From the NCBI RefSeq assembly GCF_006345805.1, contig NC_042999.1, forward strand, positions 67,580,001 to 67,644,000: DNA of 64,000 nt, read 5' to 3'. Below, one piece after another: positions 61,395-64,000 of the stretch (its first letter is position 1; the number at the start of each line of letters is the position of its first letter). Below the pieces are notes generated by a model. The model was not told the origin of the DNA. It did no database searches and saw only the letters and a program-made list of their open reading frames with translations. The position numbers were made by a program, and so were the translations under genes. This DNA is from Octopus sinensis (Eukaryota).

Positions 61395-61790
61395 TGTATT
61401 TGCTGAGAGCAACAAGCTGGCCTTCGTGCCGATGGCACGTTAAGCACACCATTTGAGCGTGATCGTTACTGCGTCGCCTTCCTGGCACTTGTGCTGGTGG
61501 CACGTGAAACATTCGAGCGAGGTCGTCGCCAGTGTCGCTGGACTGGCTCCTATGCAGGTGGTACGTAAAAAGCACCATTTGAGCGTGGCCGTTGCCAGTA
61601 CCACCAAACTAGCCCTCATGCCAGTGGCACGTAAAAGCACCCACTACACTCTCGGAGTGCTTGGTGTAAGAAGGGCATCCAGCTGTAGAAACTCTGCCAG
61701 ATCAGATTGGAGTCTGGTTTGCTAGACCTGAGTCAAATCGTCTAACCCATGCTAGCATGGAAAGCGGACGTTAAATGATGATGATGATGA
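61395..61790 (+). mobile_element. RTE family A 3'UTR copy
   Basis: Multiple subrepeats, terminal block, (GAT)n tail. Confidence 0.8.
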
Positions 61791-62186
61791 ACCAGCCACC
61801 GACCTTTCATTTTTGTGGTCTGTTGTTATTTCTTCTGTGTCGTTATAATGTAATGTCTGTTTTCTGTGCTGGAATGGGTTGGATGTCTTGACTGGAACTG
61901 GCAAGGCCAGGGGCGACACATGATTCCATAGCCTGCATTGGCATGGTTTTTATGACTGAATACTCTTCCTAATGCCAACCACTTTACAGAATGTACCGGA
62001 TGCTTTTTACTTGGTACCAGCCTCCAAACTAATGGTTATTTTACTTGGCACCTTGGTTGTATATAAATCCTAGATAAATTATGTTGATGTACTGGGATTG
62101 AGAAATTTTGACTTTTACCATTGCCTGCAGCCTTTGCACAAACCTTCCTTTCTCTCTCACACACACAGGAATATAACAACTGTATA

Positions 62187-62878
62187 CAGGGTGGCCACAA
62201 AGTCACACACCATGGGAGATATCAAGTATGCTTTATTAGCAATGAAGTAGGTAATCCATTACAAATCTTCTTAGTGTTGGCCATAAAGCTCTAAACAAGT
62301 GTTTATATGGAATTTGAAATTACGATGAACCCTCCCAAATAGCTCTTCATTGCCATTGACTTGTTCACATGCTTCAACAATTCTTTGAAGATGTCCTTGG
62401 TCACGAATCTTTAAAGAAAACACAAAAGATTTAATGCAGCCCCAGAAGAAAAAGTCCACTGGTGACCATGGTGCCCACTCAGTTGGGCCTGTGACACCCA
62501 AGTCATCTCCTTGGAAAATGTTCATTCAGAAAATCACGAACCTGTAATGCATAATGGGGCAGAATCCCATCCTGCTGAAATCAGACAGGATTTCCCCTTC
62601 CAAGTGAATGCTTGTGAAGCATCATCTTGTTGCCAAGCATGTCCACCTACGAATCACCTGTCTCAGAGCCCTCAAAATAAAATGGTCCAATTACTTGATT
62701 GGGCCAAATCCCACACCACACCATTACCTTGCTCCCACCTTGTTGATTACCTGCCTCCCTCCAATGAGGATTGATTTGTGAGTAATATCGGCTGTTGTGA
62801 AAAGAGATAAAAAAAAAAAGAGAGAATGTTAGCAATTTCCTATACTGCAGAATGATGTGTGACTTTATGACCACCCTG
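62187..62878 (-). mobile_element. Internally deleted mariner-like element (probably DD41D/rosa type)
   Basis: TA|CAGGGTGGCCACAAAGTCACAC ... GTGTGACTTTATGACCACCCTG|TA (20/22); minus strand VMVWCGI, FQQDG..PH, W..WSP.DFFFWG. Confidence 0.85.
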
Positions 62879-63029
62879 TACCTATAAATAAATGCATTGT
62901 TCTACTTTTTCTTTCTGCTCATCCATGAGGGAAAGTTTTACAAACTTCAGTGCATGTACATTCTAATTTATAGAATCTGGTGTACACAACCAAGTGTATA
63001 AAGTTCTGTGCATACTCATACAACATTAA

Positions 63030-63466
63030 CCACCATGCGAGCGTGATCGTTACCCACTTAAAAGGCACCATTTGAGCATGATCGTTACCAGCATCGCCTT
63101 AAAGAGTACCATCCGAGCATGATTGTTGCCGGAGCAGCTATCTGGCCTCCGTGTCGGTGGCACGTAAAAAACACCATTCGAGCGCGATCGTTACCAGCAT
63201 CGCCTTACTGTCACCTGTGCCGGTGGCATGTGTAAAAGATTCGAGCAAGTTTGTTGCCAGTACTGCCTGACTAGCCCCATGCCTGTGGCATGTAAAAGCA
63301 CCCACTACACTCTCGGAGTGGTTGGCGTTAGGAAGAGCATCCAGCTGTAGAAACTCTGCCAGATCAAGATTGAAGCCTGGTGCAGCCATCTGGTTCGCCA
63401 GCCCTGTCATTCGTCCTACCCATGCTAGCATGGAAAGCGGACGTTAAACGATGATGATGATGATGA
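63030..63466 (+). mobile_element. RTE family A 3'UTR copy
   Basis: Repeated accattcgagcgtgatcgttaccagc units, terminal block, (GAT)n tail. Confidence 0.8.
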
Positions 63467-64000
63467 CTCTGCAGTCTTCATTTCAGACCTCCTTTCTTTG
63501 CTTTCAATAGCAACAACACAAATAGCAATGAGAATCTTTCTGTAATCTGTGTATTCTGACACTGCTTGCTGGTCCATCCAGTACCAGCCTTCAGGTGTTG
63601 AATAACCACCGTTATAATATATCACACATAACACTTGTATCAGTTTGTGCTGGTCACTCCTGTCACTTGGTCATTTAGTCTTGAAATCTAATATTTGAAG
63701 GTGTGAACATTTTGATGTTCTAAGCTGTTGAGAAGTTTGGTAAAGAACATTTTGCTCAACATTTCTGTTGGCTATATTTTTTCTGCAAACATTTATTTTT
63801 TTTTTCTACAAATTCTTGTAAAGAGATGACTAGAGGACATCTTTGTCTCATTCGTCTCACTTCTGTTAGATTGGTGCTTTGAATATTTGTTTACTTATAT
63901 GCTAAATATTTTCCACTCGGAACTATCACAATCTTCACTGACACTACCAGATATTTCGTCCCTTGAGTGATGAGTTATGGTTTTTAAGCATAACCATTAC

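Noticed and set aside
63425-63634. Minus-strand ORF with YYNGGYSTPEGWYW
   Set aside because: Short, runs into a LINE tail, and has no splice or homology support.

Overview
AT-rich, repeat-dense eukaryotic genomic DNA. The SINE, LINE and microsatellite complement resembles an octopus (coleoid cephalopod) genome; this is an inference and was not searched. The window holds one protein-coding gene, a nischarin (NISCH/IRAS) orthologue on the + strand. I traced 16 coding exons from 4641 to the stop at 51770, all with AG/GT boundaries. They encode a PX domain, LRRs, a Ser/Thr-rich insert and the nischarin C-terminal region. The exon phases join into one reading frame (about 1660 aa plus an unseen first exon) only if one base is restored in an 18-bp coding repeat near 27108. 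The start exon was not found and probably lies upstream of the window. Introns and the 3' flank contain 5'-truncated RTE LINE copies, three tRNA-derived SINE families, three Tc1/mariner lineages, a deleted piggyBac and its MITEs, hAT MITEs, a non-autonomous Helitron, a 27-bp minisatellite and several long palindromes, most next to (TA)n tracts. There is no CRISPR array, rRNA or convincing functional tRNA. I cannot demonstrate a new biological system. The best leads are the frameshifted Cys/Thr repeat exon, the minisatellite built from acceptor-like units, the palindromic RTE 3'UTR arrays and the long hairpin elements.
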